From IMG/VR virus record IMGVR_UViG_3300027519_000001: a stretch of 64,000 nucleotides of DNA, one strand, 5' to 3'. Shown one piece after another: positions 27,951 through 36,351 of the stretch. The notes under the pieces are model-generated. The model saw only the letters and a program-made list of their open reading frames with translations. It did no database searches and was not told the origin of the DNA. How positions within the stretch are numbered: the stretch's first letter is position 1; each line of letters opens with the position of its first letter. The stretch is from a virus. Position numbers and translations under genes: made by a program.

Positions 27951-28565
27951 ATGAGACACTATTCAAATACAAAACACATGGGCGGACTCGATCTACTAGG
28001 AAACTTTCTAGAAAACGTAACACTCCCAATGGTTAGTGAGTGGCCTTTAGAACCTAAAGTTGGAACGTTCATATTCAAAGACAAGCGCGTTATGATTTGC
28101 TTAGAGTTAGCAGATGCGCCTATTTGGATTCCAATGACTCAGGAACTAAACACGTACATCTTTGACCAGCAAGAGCCGTCTGTTGAGTGGACTGTCACAC
28201 ATAACATGAACAGTACAAGTGTCATGGTTCAATGCTTTGATGAAAACGGAAGAGTTGTTATTCCGAAAGAGTTTGAAGCTACAGACAATAACACGATTAC
28301 TATTCAGTTTGATGATCCAATGATCGGTCGAGCTATTTGTTTACTTGGTGCGTTTGATGGAACACCTAAGCCTAATGTCGGCTATACTTTAGAGTTCGAA
28401 AACAAGTCTACAGTTAATGTTAATCACATGCTAGGCTATGAACCAAGTATTCGTATTATCGTAGATGGTTACGAAATCCAACCAGATTCAGTTCAGCATA
28501 TCGATACCAACACTGCGGTCGTTACGTTCAGTAACCCTACGTCTGGTAAAGTTATCGCGATTTAG
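27951..28565 (+). CDS. fibre-associated protein with two W-T-V-x-HN modules (204 aa)
   Basis: AGGAG RBS. Module copies lie at 28152..28349 and 28383..28562. Confidence 0.7.
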   Translation: MRHYSNTKHMGGLDLLGNFLENVTLPMVSEWPLEPKVGTFIFKDKRVMICLELADAPIWIPMTQELNTYIFDQQEPSVEWTVTHNMNSTSVMVQCFDENGRVVIPKEFEATDNNTITIQFDDPMIGRAICLLGAFDGTPKPNVGYTLEFENKSTVNVNHMLGYEPSIRIIVDGYEIQPDSVQHIDTNTAVVTFSNPTSGKVIAI

Positions 28566-28576
28566 GAGATTACATT

Positions 28577-28813
28577 ATGCCTATTAATGGTAATCGTCTA
28601 TTCATTGCTAGTGGTCATACGCATGTTCAAGAAGACCCTAGCAGTACTTGGACTGTAAAACATAACATGGGTCGAGAGGTTGTTGCAGACGTTCTTGTAC
28701 ATATTGATGGTGTGTTAGAAAAGATTCTTCCACAAAGCCAAATCAATACTGACACCAATACGCTAACTGTAAACTTCTCTAGACCTTTTACAGGTAAAGT
28801 AAGGGTAGTATAA
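28577..28813 (+). CDS. single-module protein (78 aa), stand-alone W-T-V-x-HN module
   Basis: SSTWTVKHNMGREVVADVLVHIDG...TLTVNFSRPFTGKVRVV. GGAG RBS. Confidence 0.65.
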   Translation: MPINGNRLFIASGHTHVQEDPSSTWTVKHNMGREVVADVLVHIDGVLEKILPQSQINTDTNTLTVNFSRPFTGKVRVV

Positions 28814-29391
28814 TGAAAGTAGATGGTGTTGACTTAATTGACGGCAGTAAGATATCTCGTGAGTTGATTGACTTTCGTGGTGCAGTCTTTCCAGAAACTC
28901 CCGAAGACGGGCAGCTCTTTCAGTTAACTGCTACTGTAGACACTAAAGAGCCAGGCATCTATGTGTACAGTTCAGCAAGAGGCGATTGGATTGTTCAAGA
29001 AGATACAGAAAGACAGCCTTATGATATTGCGCTATCTGTTATCGGAAGACCTAAGCCAGATGCTATTGTCGCAAACTACATTGCAGTTCGTACTGCAACA
29101 ATCTATGCAGACTTCGATAGAAGTTTAGCGTTAGCCCAAGATGCCGCAACAAGTGAAGCTATTTTCAGTATGCGTATCATCGATAGTGATGGAAACGTTG
29201 TACGTGAAATTGGTACTATCACTTTTGCAGCAGGTGTCAAAGCTGGAACATTCACTCCTGCCACACCTAGCGTACCGATGCTTATTCAGAGAGGTGAAAT
29301 TGTTTCACTTAAAGCACCAGAAGTTCGGGACGCGACACTTAAAGAAATTTCAATAACGATTGCTGGGCAACTGGCAGTACTAGCAGACTAG
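28813..29391 (+). CDS. hypothetical structural protein (192 aa)
   Basis: TAATG coupling. The N-terminus (VDLIDGSKI...FPETPEDGQLFQLT) resembles the N-termini of the two preceding fibre proteins. Confidence 0.6.
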   Translation: MKVDGVDLIDGSKISRELIDFRGAVFPETPEDGQLFQLTATVDTKEPGIYVYSSARGDWIVQEDTERQPYDIALSVIGRPKPDAIVANYIAVRTATIYADFDRSLALAQDAATSEAIFSMRIIDSDGNVVREIGTITFAAGVKAGTFTPATPSVPMLIQRGEIVSLKAPEVRDATLKEISITIAGQLAVLAD

Positions 29392-29399
29392 GAATAACT

Positions 29400-29690
29400 A
29401 TGAAAATGCAACTTAATCTTTCTACTATCCAAGCAGTAGGTATGGAATATTTAAACCGTTCTGACAATCTTGCATTAAGCAGTAAAAGCACTAAGCAAGA
29501 AGAACTAAGTCCACTACAAGAAGAATACAGAAAGTTCTTTTTAGGTCAGCTTGAAGAGCATGGTTTCGATAGAAGCCCAGCAGAAGGCAACGAAGAAGAA
29601 CTGCGTGAATTCTTTAACAATATTAAAGCTCGTTGGAAAGTGCGCAAGCGTGAACTAGCTGATAAAGGTATTGTGGGTGCAGAAGATTAA
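29400..29690 (+). CDS. hypothetical protein (96 aa)
   Basis: ORF in the operon. Soluble and charged. Confidence 0.5.
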   Translation: MKMQLNLSTIQAVGMEYLNRSDNLALSSKSTKQEELSPLQEEYRKFFLGQLEEHGFDRSPAEGNEEELREFFNNIKARWKVRKRELADKGIVGAED

Positions 29691-29705
29691 GTTGCTCGTA
29701 GTGCG

Positions 29706-30056
29706 ATGGATGTAATTGACCTACTCGGACCTATAGCTAATTATTCTTGGGGCTATATACTTCTTAGCTTCTCAGTAACTATCTTGGGTACACTGGTACA
29801 CTACGTTAAGAAGTGTATTAAACTTGAGGCAGACTGGAATACATACTGGTCTAAAAATAAACCTCAGACAATTACAGCTATCTTTGCAGTACTTGGATCA
29901 TACTTTACAATCTTGTATACAGAAGCAGATCCAAGTTTGCTGACCTTCATAGCAGTAGGTTACGCAATAGATAGTATGTTTAACAAAGCACCACCAAGCT
30001 CTAAAGTCCCTAAGCGAAGAGCTAGTGATGCGTTTAGACAGGATGATACTCAATGA
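29706..30056 (+). CDS. holin candidate (116 aa, three predicted TM helices, charged C-tail)
   Basis: WGYILLSFSVTILGTLVHYV, TITAIFAVLGSYFTILY and LLTFIAVGYAIDSMF, followed by KVPKRRASDAFRQDD. Confidence 0.55.
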   Translation: MDVIDLLGPIANYSWGYILLSFSVTILGTLVHYVKKCIKLEADWNTYWSKNKPQTITAIFAVLGSYFTILYTEADPSLLTFIAVGYAIDSMFNKAPPSSKVPKRRASDAFRQDDTQ

Positions 30057-30376
30057 CTGAGTGGTTTAAGCGCTGGTGGAAAGCGATATTAGCGGGTCTC
30101 GGTTTGATACTGTCGGGGCTTGCTATTGCTCTTACTGCTGGCAAGAAAGGAACAAAGGTTTCAGACCTTGAAAAGTCTATTAGAGATATAGACGATGAAC
30201 AAATGAAAGAAGAATTGGAGATTCACAAGGAGGTTAACAAAGCTCTACACAAAGAGCGAGAAGAACTTGCTGAACTCAATGATGAAGTACACAAGCAAAT
30301 AAAACAAATGCCTAAGTATGATCCTGAACTATCAGACGTTGATAACCTGAAAAAGATTGCAGAGTCCAAATGGTAA
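30053..30376 (+). CDS. i-spanin-like or antiholin-like membrane protein (107 aa)
   Basis: N-terminal TM segment AILAGLGLILSGLAIALTA, followed by a charged coiled-coil region. ATGA coupling. Confidence 0.5.
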   Translation: MTEWFKRWWKAILAGLGLILSGLAIALTAGKKGTKVSDLEKSIRDIDDEQMKEELEIHKEVNKALHKEREELAELNDEVHKQIKQMPKYDPELSDVDNLKKIAESKW

Positions 30377-30948
30377 AGAAGTTATTAGTGGTGTTGTCGT
30401 TAGCAATAGCCGGGTGTGCCTCCAATCCACAAGAAGTCACCAAAACTCCAAGTATCCAAAAAGAACTCTTTGATATAGAGCTTCTATCTCATGAACCTGT
30501 TAAACCCATTCCTTATCCAGAAGATTTAGAGCAACGAATTAAAGCAGCTACAGTAGTGCGCAAAACGTATGATCAAAACTTTGAGTTGTACCAAGAAGTA
30601 CACGTAGGGACCGAAGAAACTAATACAGATAAATTGCCTATTGCAGACCGTAATGACGAACTGTTTATATTGGTAGACACAGAGACAGTGTTTAAGATAA
30701 GGGATGCTGTAGTTTCTGCAAGAGATAATGGAAAGCTTGTAGAGAAACTTGATAAGATTCAAGAACTGAATATAGAAGAAAGGAATCAAATACTCCGTAT
30801 GCTTAGGCTAGAGTATATGCATAGTAAAAGAATGGAAGAATTCAATGAGTACTACAAGGATGAAATTAAACGCCAAGAAACAAGTAGTAGAATAGACTCG
30901 TTAACTTGGCGAATAATTGCAGTACTGTCTTTAGCCGTAGCTATTTAA
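30370..30948 (+). CDS. lipoprotein with C-terminal TM anchor (u-spanin-like architecture, 192 aa)
   Basis: Lipobox LAIAGC at residues 11-16. C-terminal hydrophobic tail LTWRIIAVLSLAVAI. The start overlaps the upstream stop (ATGGTAA). Confidence 0.6.
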   Translation: MVKKLLVVLSLAIAGCASNPQEVTKTPSIQKELFDIELLSHEPVKPIPYPEDLEQRIKAATVVRKTYDQNFELYQEVHVGTEETNTDKLPIADRNDELFILVDTETVFKIRDAVVSARDNGKLVEKLDKIQELNIEERNQILRMLRLEYMHSKRMEEFNEYYKDEIKRQETSSRIDSLTWRIIAVLSLAVAI

Positions 30949-30995
30949 CAAGTACGTCAGTCTTAACATCATAGACTTTGTTGGCGTAAGATAAG

Positions 30996-31037
30996 GCTAG
31001 GAATATTACAACGCACACAATTCCTAGCTTTCTTTTC
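30996..31037 (+). terminator. hairpin terminator at the convergence of the + and - blocks
   Basis: GCTAGGAAT-(15 nt)-ATTCCTAGC is a 9 bp stem, followed by TTTCTTTTC on the + strand. Confidence 0.7.
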
Positions 31038-31041
31038 ACAC

Positions 31042-31341
31042 TCACCTGTACGGTCTTGTATCGTAAGTCATTTTGATATTGCCCGGCTTTCTTTCGAGAC
31101 TATCGAAAACATATTGAGCTTTCGCTCTGTCCCCAAAATATCCCGATATAAAACACACTCCATTGACAAAGAATGCTCGACCTGGACGCATAACAAAATT
31201 GTACTTGTAATGTTCATATAGCCCATCAAGCTGAACACCATTGAAGATATACGATTCATTCAAGTACAGACCTATCGTTGTGACTATTTCAGTATCGCAA
31301 CAACTGTCCTCTATTAGGTCCATTCTGCTTAATGCTTCCAT
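31042..31341 (-). CDS. hypothetical protein (about 100 aa)
   Basis: The track ORF 31042..31521 overlaps the endolysin gene by 233 nt. Internal ATGs at 31341 and 31323 reduce the overlap to 53 or 35 nt. Confidence 0.45.
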   Translation of the reverse strand: MEALSRMDLIEDSCCDTEIVTTIGLYLNESYIFNGVQLDGLYEHYKYNFVMRPGRAFFVNGVCFISGYFGDRAKAQYVFDSLERKPGNIKMTYDTRPYR

Positions 31342-31858
31342 GAACCCATCCTGAGTTAGTTCCTCGTTCTGGTCTGTAGAATTCAAGAATGAGTTGATCG
31401 AACTGGAGGTTGTCTCTACACCAGTCGAACAACACTTGGTTCGATAAGCCTGCGAGTTCGAAATCGACGGCCATGCCCTTAGGATGTTGTTTGCGTTCAT
31501 AATACTCTCTCCACTCTTCATGGAAAATCTCTGGCAGAATATAAAGAGTTGGATACTTGCGATAAGTATTTTTATCTACACCCTCTACACCTTTGCGCAT
31601 AAGCTTGTTAAAAAATGATTCAGCACAAAGAACATATTCTAGTTCTTCACAGCGAAACCAGCTATTAGGACTGAAAGGTCTACGTGTCCAACTGCGCACA
31701 GGTTCAAGAATCTTTTCCGCTGTATATGCAGCACAGTCAAGAATCTGTTCTGTAATTGGAGTCGCATTGTCGATACCTAAACGCTGCGCTTCGTAGCTCT
31801 TGAATACTTCTTTAAACTTAAAGTGGGTTGAAACTTTATAATCTGGATCACGAATCAT
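31289..31858 (-). CDS. endolysin, peptidase M15 (VanY / L-Ala-D-Glu peptidase type)
   Basis: QHPKGMAVDFE fits the HxxGxAxD zinc motif, with a distal GWVHGS His. Confidence 0.8.
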   Translation of the reverse strand: MIRDPDYKVSTHFKFKEVFKSYEAQRLGIDNATPITEQILDCAAYTAEKILEPVRSWTRRPFSPNSWFRCEELEYVLCAESFFNKLMRKGVEGVDKNTYRKYPTLYILPEIFHEEWREYYERKQHPKGMAVDFELAGLSNQVLFDWCRDNLQFDQLILEFYRPERGTNSGWVHGSIKQNGPNRGQLLRY

Positions 31859-32399
31859 CGGACGAACTCCCGTAAATATGTGAATGTTGATTCTTAGGGT
31901 CTTTCGTAACTTCTGATGTTAGCCGTGCCATTTTGCTGTATACTGAATGAAAATCAATGTTCATCGCGTCACATGCTTTCATACAATTGAATCCAGCCTT
32001 GTCGTACTCGATTAAAAACTTACGAACTTTATCGGGTTTAAGCCTAAACATTCTAAAGAAATGCTCTTGCTCAATAACCGTTTCATAGACTGAGAAATAA
32101 GATATACGCAAGAAATCAAGTATGTCTCGTGCTGTTCCGAACCGCAGAGAAGCATAATACACAGGCAAAATAGGTAGATCGAGTTCTTCCCTAAATTGGT
32201 TCAAGTTAATCACACTGCCTGGAACTTGATAAATTCCGTACTTAACATACGTTTGACTAAGCTTGGTAATAACCTTGTCTTCATCGTATTCACTAGACAA
32301 CGCTCGGTCTAAGCCTTTAGTGTTTAGTTCCAATCTACGCTTTGCGTATGCGAAACTAGCGGGCTTTTCCTGTATTCTTTTAAACCAATAACTACTCAT
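31848..32399 (-). CDS. hypothetical protein (183 aa)
   Basis: Long ORF in the operon. Confidence 0.6.
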   Translation of the reverse strand: MSSYWFKRIQEKPASFAYAKRRLELNTKGLDRALSSEYDEDKVITKLSQTYVKYGIYQVPGSVINLNQFREELDLPILPVYYASLRFGTARDILDFLRISYFSVYETVIEQEHFFRMFRLKPDKVRKFLIEYDKAGFNCMKACDAMNIDFHSVYSKMARLTSEVTKDPKNQHSHIYGSSSDDS

Positions 32400-32401
32400 A
32401 T

Positions 32402-32776
32402 CTACACTTCTAACTCAGGGTCATCACCCTTCAAACTGCTATAGACTCGCATAAGTGCAGATGTAAAGCTTTCATCTGAGACAACAAATGCGTCGAACAA
32501 ATCAGGGTCTGTAGGATAAACGTGAATGTTAATCAGGTTTTCATACTTCCCTATAGTCAAATTAACACCATCAAGAACAGATGCATAATTATCCGGCAAG
32601 CTAGATACTTCTGATAGTACATCTGGATTTAGATTAGAACTAATACCATGAATCATACCTATGAAACCCACCAGCATTTCCAGCTTTGGATTCAAGTTTC
32701 TATACTGCCCTAACGCATCCAGTGCATCTAATAACGACTGATTGGTTTCTTTCAAAGACTGGTCTAATGAAGGCAT
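32402..32776 (-). CDS. hypothetical protein (124 aa)
   Basis: ORF beginning 4 nt after the stop of the peptidase gene. Confidence 0.6.
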   Translation of the reverse strand: MPSLDQSLKETNQSLLDALDALGQYRNLNPKLEMLVGFIGMIHGISSNLNPDVLSEVSSLPDNYASVLDGVNLTIGKYENLINIHVYPTDPDLFDAFVVSDESFTSALMRVYSSLKGDDPELEV

Positions 32777-32780
32777 AAAT

Positions 32781-33497
32781 TTATCCCTCTAGTTTGACTT
32801 GGTAGGTCTTAGTGTTTGCGTTTGTATTCGGGTCTAGCAAGCTAGTTGCACGAACAGCATTAGATAGTAGGAAAGGAATGTCGTGATACTTATCCAATGC
32901 ACCCGTTAAGAAGGCTTCGATGTTTGTCTCTGTACCAATTTGTTCTAGTGAACCTAGTACTGCACCAATTGCAATTCTAGAGCCAGAGCCTATACCAAGA
33001 AGTTTACCTTTCGCTACACTACCATCCGATGTTATATGGAACAAGCCGTGTGGAGTAGCTATTAAACAGTCCGCGTAAGTATCGGTACTGCATTCAGATT
33101 CAGAGCCTAGAACACAAGAGTTGTGCTTCACTGCAAGAGTAAGCATTTTCCAAAACAAAGATAGACCTTCAAAATTTAAAGCTTCTTTTGAAAAGTCGCT
33201 GGCTTGGTCTTGATCTAAGTCGAGGAAGTACAGCAAGCTATAGTACTCAAAAGAGTTTTCTTTTATTCCTAAAGCGTTAAATGCTTCAATGGAATTAAAC
33301 CCGCCTGCCTGAATTTGAATAAGAACACGCTTTACCAGATGTGTAACGTCAGCGTATCCAGAAAAGCAAATATAGTTCTTTCCTACACTAAATGCCTTCT
33401 GAGTAGTTTCGCTGCCTATATAGTTCATTCCAGTCAATCTTGAATCTACACAAAGATGAACACTATCTTTGCTTTGAATTCCTATACCCGTTGTCAT
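32781..33497 (-). CDS. HslV / proteasome beta-type (family T1, Ntn) threonine peptidase homologue (238 aa)
   Basis: MTTGIGIQSKDSVHLCVDSRLT...TQKAF. After Met removal this gives Thr1, Asp17 and Lys33 in the exact proteasome register. LLGIGSGSRIAIGAVLG supplies the GSG motif. Confidence 0.75.
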   Translation of the reverse strand: MTTGIGIQSKDSVHLCVDSRLTGMNYIGSETTQKAFSVGKNYICFSGYADVTHLVKRVLIQIQAGGFNSIEAFNALGIKENSFEYYSLLYFLDLDQDQASDFSKEALNFEGLSLFWKMLTLAVKHNSCVLGSESECSTDTYADCLIATPHGLFHITSDGSVAKGKLLGIGSGSRIAIGAVLGSLEQIGTETNIEAFLTGALDKYHDIPFLLSNAVRATSLLDPNTNANTKTYQVKLEG

Positions 33498-34270
33498 ACC
33501 TTAGCTCCTGCTTTAGATAGAACTACATCGATATCAAGTCCACATCGTTGTGCAATATCTGTTAAAGTAGTGATTTGGTTTTCAATCTCTTGACGTTTAT
33601 ACTTAGGCCAAGACCCAGACTCTTTATTGTACTTTTCAATTAAAGGAGTAAGAGTTTGAAGAACAACCCAATCATTAGAAAATTGATTCGTGGAAATTAA
33701 CTGCTTCATTTTATCCAAGATGTTATAGTCAGCCGATGAAGTGTCGTACATAATAGATGCTAGTACGTTTCTAGGTATTTCAATCCATACTTCGTCTTTT
33801 GGAGGCTCGAATGCAGGATTCATCTGACTGTCTAACTTATCGAACACAGCAACTACAGGAAACACCGTACTGTTTCTAACTAGAAATTGCGTCTGGGTTC
33901 TGTATTTACTGTTTGCGTATTCTGCATAGGTCTTAACGGTGTCATACAGAAAACTAAAATCGGTTGAAAGATTATCGAAAATAAGACTAAAAATCTTTTC
34001 GTTATGCTTAGACTTTGCTTTCATCTTATGCTTGTACATATCAGTACCTAGATAAGAGGTTGCTAGTCTGTTTCGATAAAACATTTCATTAGGAACGTGG
34101 TATTTTTCAAAAGCAGGGAACAAACCTGAGAACCCACGTATGTCCAAGTGTAGAGTGCAATCATATTTTCTTTTTAGTTCTATGAAGGCTCTACTTAATC
34201 TTTCTTTTTGCGCGTAGTTGTTCCAGCTATTGCAAAGCAACATCGGAACAAAATATCTAGTTATATGCAT
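33494..34270 (-). CDS. hypothetical protein (258 aa)
   Basis: ATG at 34270 (MHITRYF). The track start at 34327 is a TTG whose first 19 codons run through the hairpin. ATGA coupling to the peptidase gene. Confidence 0.65.
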   Translation of the reverse strand: MHITRYFVPMLLCNSWNNYAQKERLSRAFIELKRKYDCTLHLDIRGFSGLFPAFEKYHVPNEMFYRNRLATSYLGTDMYKHKMKAKSKHNEKIFSLIFDNLSTDFSFLYDTVKTYAEYANSKYRTQTQFLVRNSTVFPVVAVFDKLDSQMNPAFEPPKDEVWIEIPRNVLASIMYDTSSADYNILDKMKQLISTNQFSNDWVVLQTLTPLIEKYNKESGSWPKYKRQEIENQITTLTDIAQRCGLDIDVVLSKAGAKV

Positions 34271-34284
34271 TAGCTTTACTCTTA

Positions 34285-34305
34285 AAGTGGGGCACTGCCC
34301 CACTT
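34285..34305 (-). promoter_or_regulatory. intercistronic GC-rich RNA hairpin
   Basis: AAGTGGGGC-(3 nt)-GCCCCACTT is a 9 bp perfect stem with no U-run, lying between the stop at 34308 and the ATG at 34270. Confidence 0.6.
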
Positions 34306-34307
34306 CA

Positions 34308-34919
34308 TTAAGAAGAAAGAACTTCAATTAAACGCTTTCTACTTTTGACAAGTTCAAACATATCTATGGCTATAGTTTTATTTTCTAGTTGTACTTCTAC
34401 CATAGGTACGCCTACCTCAGATTCCAACAACGTCTTACTGTCCGCAAACGAAAATGTAATAAAATCGTTTGGTGCAGTCTGTATTGATTGATATCCAGAA
34501 GAAATTGCGTACAGATTGATTGTCGTTAAGTCTTGACTTGGGTCAACGCGGCTTAGCTTTGGTTCAAACATTAAACCTTCAAATACCATATATTCAACAT
34601 GGTCTTCATAGGTCAATCGAACCATTATATCAAATCCGAATAGCATTTTAGATAATACTTGAAGATACGCCGAGTTCTTTCGCTTGCGTCCAACAGTGAC
34701 AGGAAACTTCTTACCGAATAAAGAGAAGAAGAAATCCAAACAATTATGGTCTAAGCTTTCTACATCGAAAGTTAATATGCCTTCACTATTTTTGTTTTGT
34801 GTTGACATATCAATCAAGCTGTCTTCGAGTATAGAAGATATTATAGATGCAGCCGATACTGACTCGGGCGTTCGTCTGTCAGGAAGAAGAGCTATCTCCC
34901 ATGTTTTTAATTCTGACAT
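34308..34919 (-). CDS. hypothetical protein (203 aa)
   Basis: ATG at 34919 is preceded by GAGGA with 9 nt spacing. The track start at 34940 is a TTG. Confidence 0.6.
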   Translation of the reverse strand: MSELKTWEIALLPDRRTPESVSAASIISSILEDSLIDMSTQNKNSEGILTFDVESLDHNCLDFFFSLFGKKFPVTVGRKRKNSAYLQVLSKMLFGFDIMVRLTYEDHVEYMVFEGLMFEPKLSRVDPSQDLTTINLYAISSGYQSIQTAPNDFITFSFADSKTLLESEVGVPMVEVQLENKTIAIDMFELVKSRKRLIEVLSS

Positions 34920-35481
34920 TTTTAGTTTTTCCTCGTTCAAAGCTTTCTATTTTAGGTATTAACCCAAGTCCATTACTACATTGAGCGAACTTCAAAGCTT
35001 CGTATTGTTTACGCGCATTACTCTTTTCCTTTTCAAAAAGAAAACGGTTTATCATTTCAATAACGTGTAGAGACACCTTATCTTCCAGACCGATAAATGC
35101 GCTATTGCAGAAGATGCAAGTATCTGTATCTTCTTCTTCGTTAGTCACACTGATGACGTAGTGAGATAAATTCCAATCACCTGCAAATTCACCTACCAAA
35201 GATTCCGTAAGGGCCTTCTCTGAATAGAGATTAGGAATAGGCTTTACATATTCCTCTTTCTTTTTGTGGTGGGTGACTTTAGTAACATAGTTCAATAGAA
35301 CGCTCTGGTTAACGCCGTTACATTCTATAGTTCCCATTATCTTAGTGATAGAAGTAAACGTAACTATCTTACCACTAGGTCTTATTTCTTGGTTTTGTCG
35401 TACTGACAATATCTCACCCGTTAGAAAAAGGAAATCAATAATTCCCACTTCGTCAGGTACTTCATATAAGTCTGTTATCAT
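34879..35481 (-). CDS. hypothetical protein (200 aa)
   Basis: Long ORF. ATGA overlap with the upstream gene. Confidence 0.6.
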   Translation of the reverse strand: MITDLYEVPDEVGIIDFLFLTGEILSVRQNQEIRPSGKIVTFTSITKIMGTIECNGVNQSVLLNYVTKVTHHKKKEEYVKPIPNLYSEKALTESLVGEFAGDWNLSHYVISVTNEEEDTDTCIFCNSAFIGLEDKVSLHVIEMINRFLFEKEKSNARKQYEALKFAQCSNGLGLIPKIESFERGKTKNVRIKNMGDSSSS

Positions 35482-36059
35482 GACTTAGACTGTCTTCTTC
35501 TGTAAGCAATGATACGACCATTAAAACCAATAGCTTCTGCTTCTTCGTTGAGAATAGTTAGGAAGTTATCCCAGCGACGACCTTCACCCATCTGATTCAT
35601 ACCAATGTTTACACCGAGAGATTTAGCAGATTCAAGCATTCCAGCAACTGATGTACGGAACGAATCATAAATCTTAGGAGCGTCCTGAGTTTCTGCTTTA
35701 GACTTATCATTCTTGTCTTTAAGAACTTTGTGAATAACAAGTGCAGCAACATGACCCTGACGTTCAATTGGTTTTTGATTAGGGCGAGTAGGTTCAATAG
35801 TGGTAACTACTTTTACCAAGTGACATTCGCCAAACTGACCATTAAGCTCGTGAAGCATAGGGAAACTACGGAACGTGTCTTTCTGTATTCCCATCATCGG
35901 AACAAAGTGAGGATTTGTATCAGTAACAAGAATACCAAACGGGCATTTCATGTATTTAGTAAAAACAGTCAAAGCGTTACCTTCAACTGTTTCAACATAA
36001 TTCTTTTTTGAACCTACACCAAACTCTTGCAGAGACTGCAATTTTTCTAATGATGCCAT
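35478..36059 (-). CDS. hypothetical protein (193 aa)
   Basis: Long ORF with a GGAG RBS. Confidence 0.65.
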   Translation of the reverse strand: MASLEKLQSLQEFGVGSKKNYVETVEGNALTVFTKYMKCPFGILVTDTNPHFVPMMGIQKDTFRSFPMLHELNGQFGECHLVKVVTTIEPTRPNQKPIERQGHVAALVIHKVLKDKNDKSKAETQDAPKIYDSFRTSVAGMLESAKSLGVNIGMNQMGEGRRWDNFLTILNEEAEAIGFNGRIIAYRRRQSKS

Positions 36060-36081
36060 TTTAAAACTCCTTAAATGAATA

Positions 36082-36339
36082 TTAATAACTTAGTCCGTGT
36101 ACTAAGGCAAGAACTACTACAGTGACTAGTAACCAAACGCACGAATCTATTGTTTTAGCTAAAGTATCTAACTCTTGTACAAACACATTTACAATAATTA
36201 GAATACCTGTAATAGCTGGAAACAACATGTGCATGAAGTAACTGTCAGTCAGCGTCCATACTAGTAAACAACCAATACAACAAATGAATAAACATAAAGC
36301 GATAATGCCTTGAACATAGTTGGTATCTACTTTAGACAT
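36082..36339 (-). CDS. small integral membrane protein (85 aa, about three TM helices)
   Basis: Almost entirely hydrophobic: IIALCLFICCIGCLLVW, FPAITGILIIVNVFV and WLLVTVVVLALV. Confidence 0.6.
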   Translation of the reverse strand: MSKVDTNYVQGIIALCLFICCIGCLLVWTLTDSYFMHMLFPAITGILIIVNVFVQELDTLAKTIDSCVWLLVTVVVLALVHGLSY

Positions 36340-36351
36340 ATCTATTTCCTC

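Noticed and set aside
34271-34327. 19-codon N-terminal extension of ORF 33494.. (track start at TTG 34327).
   Set aside because: It would be translated straight through the perfect 9 bp hairpin and would overlap the upstream gene. The ATG at 34270 fits the gene spacing.
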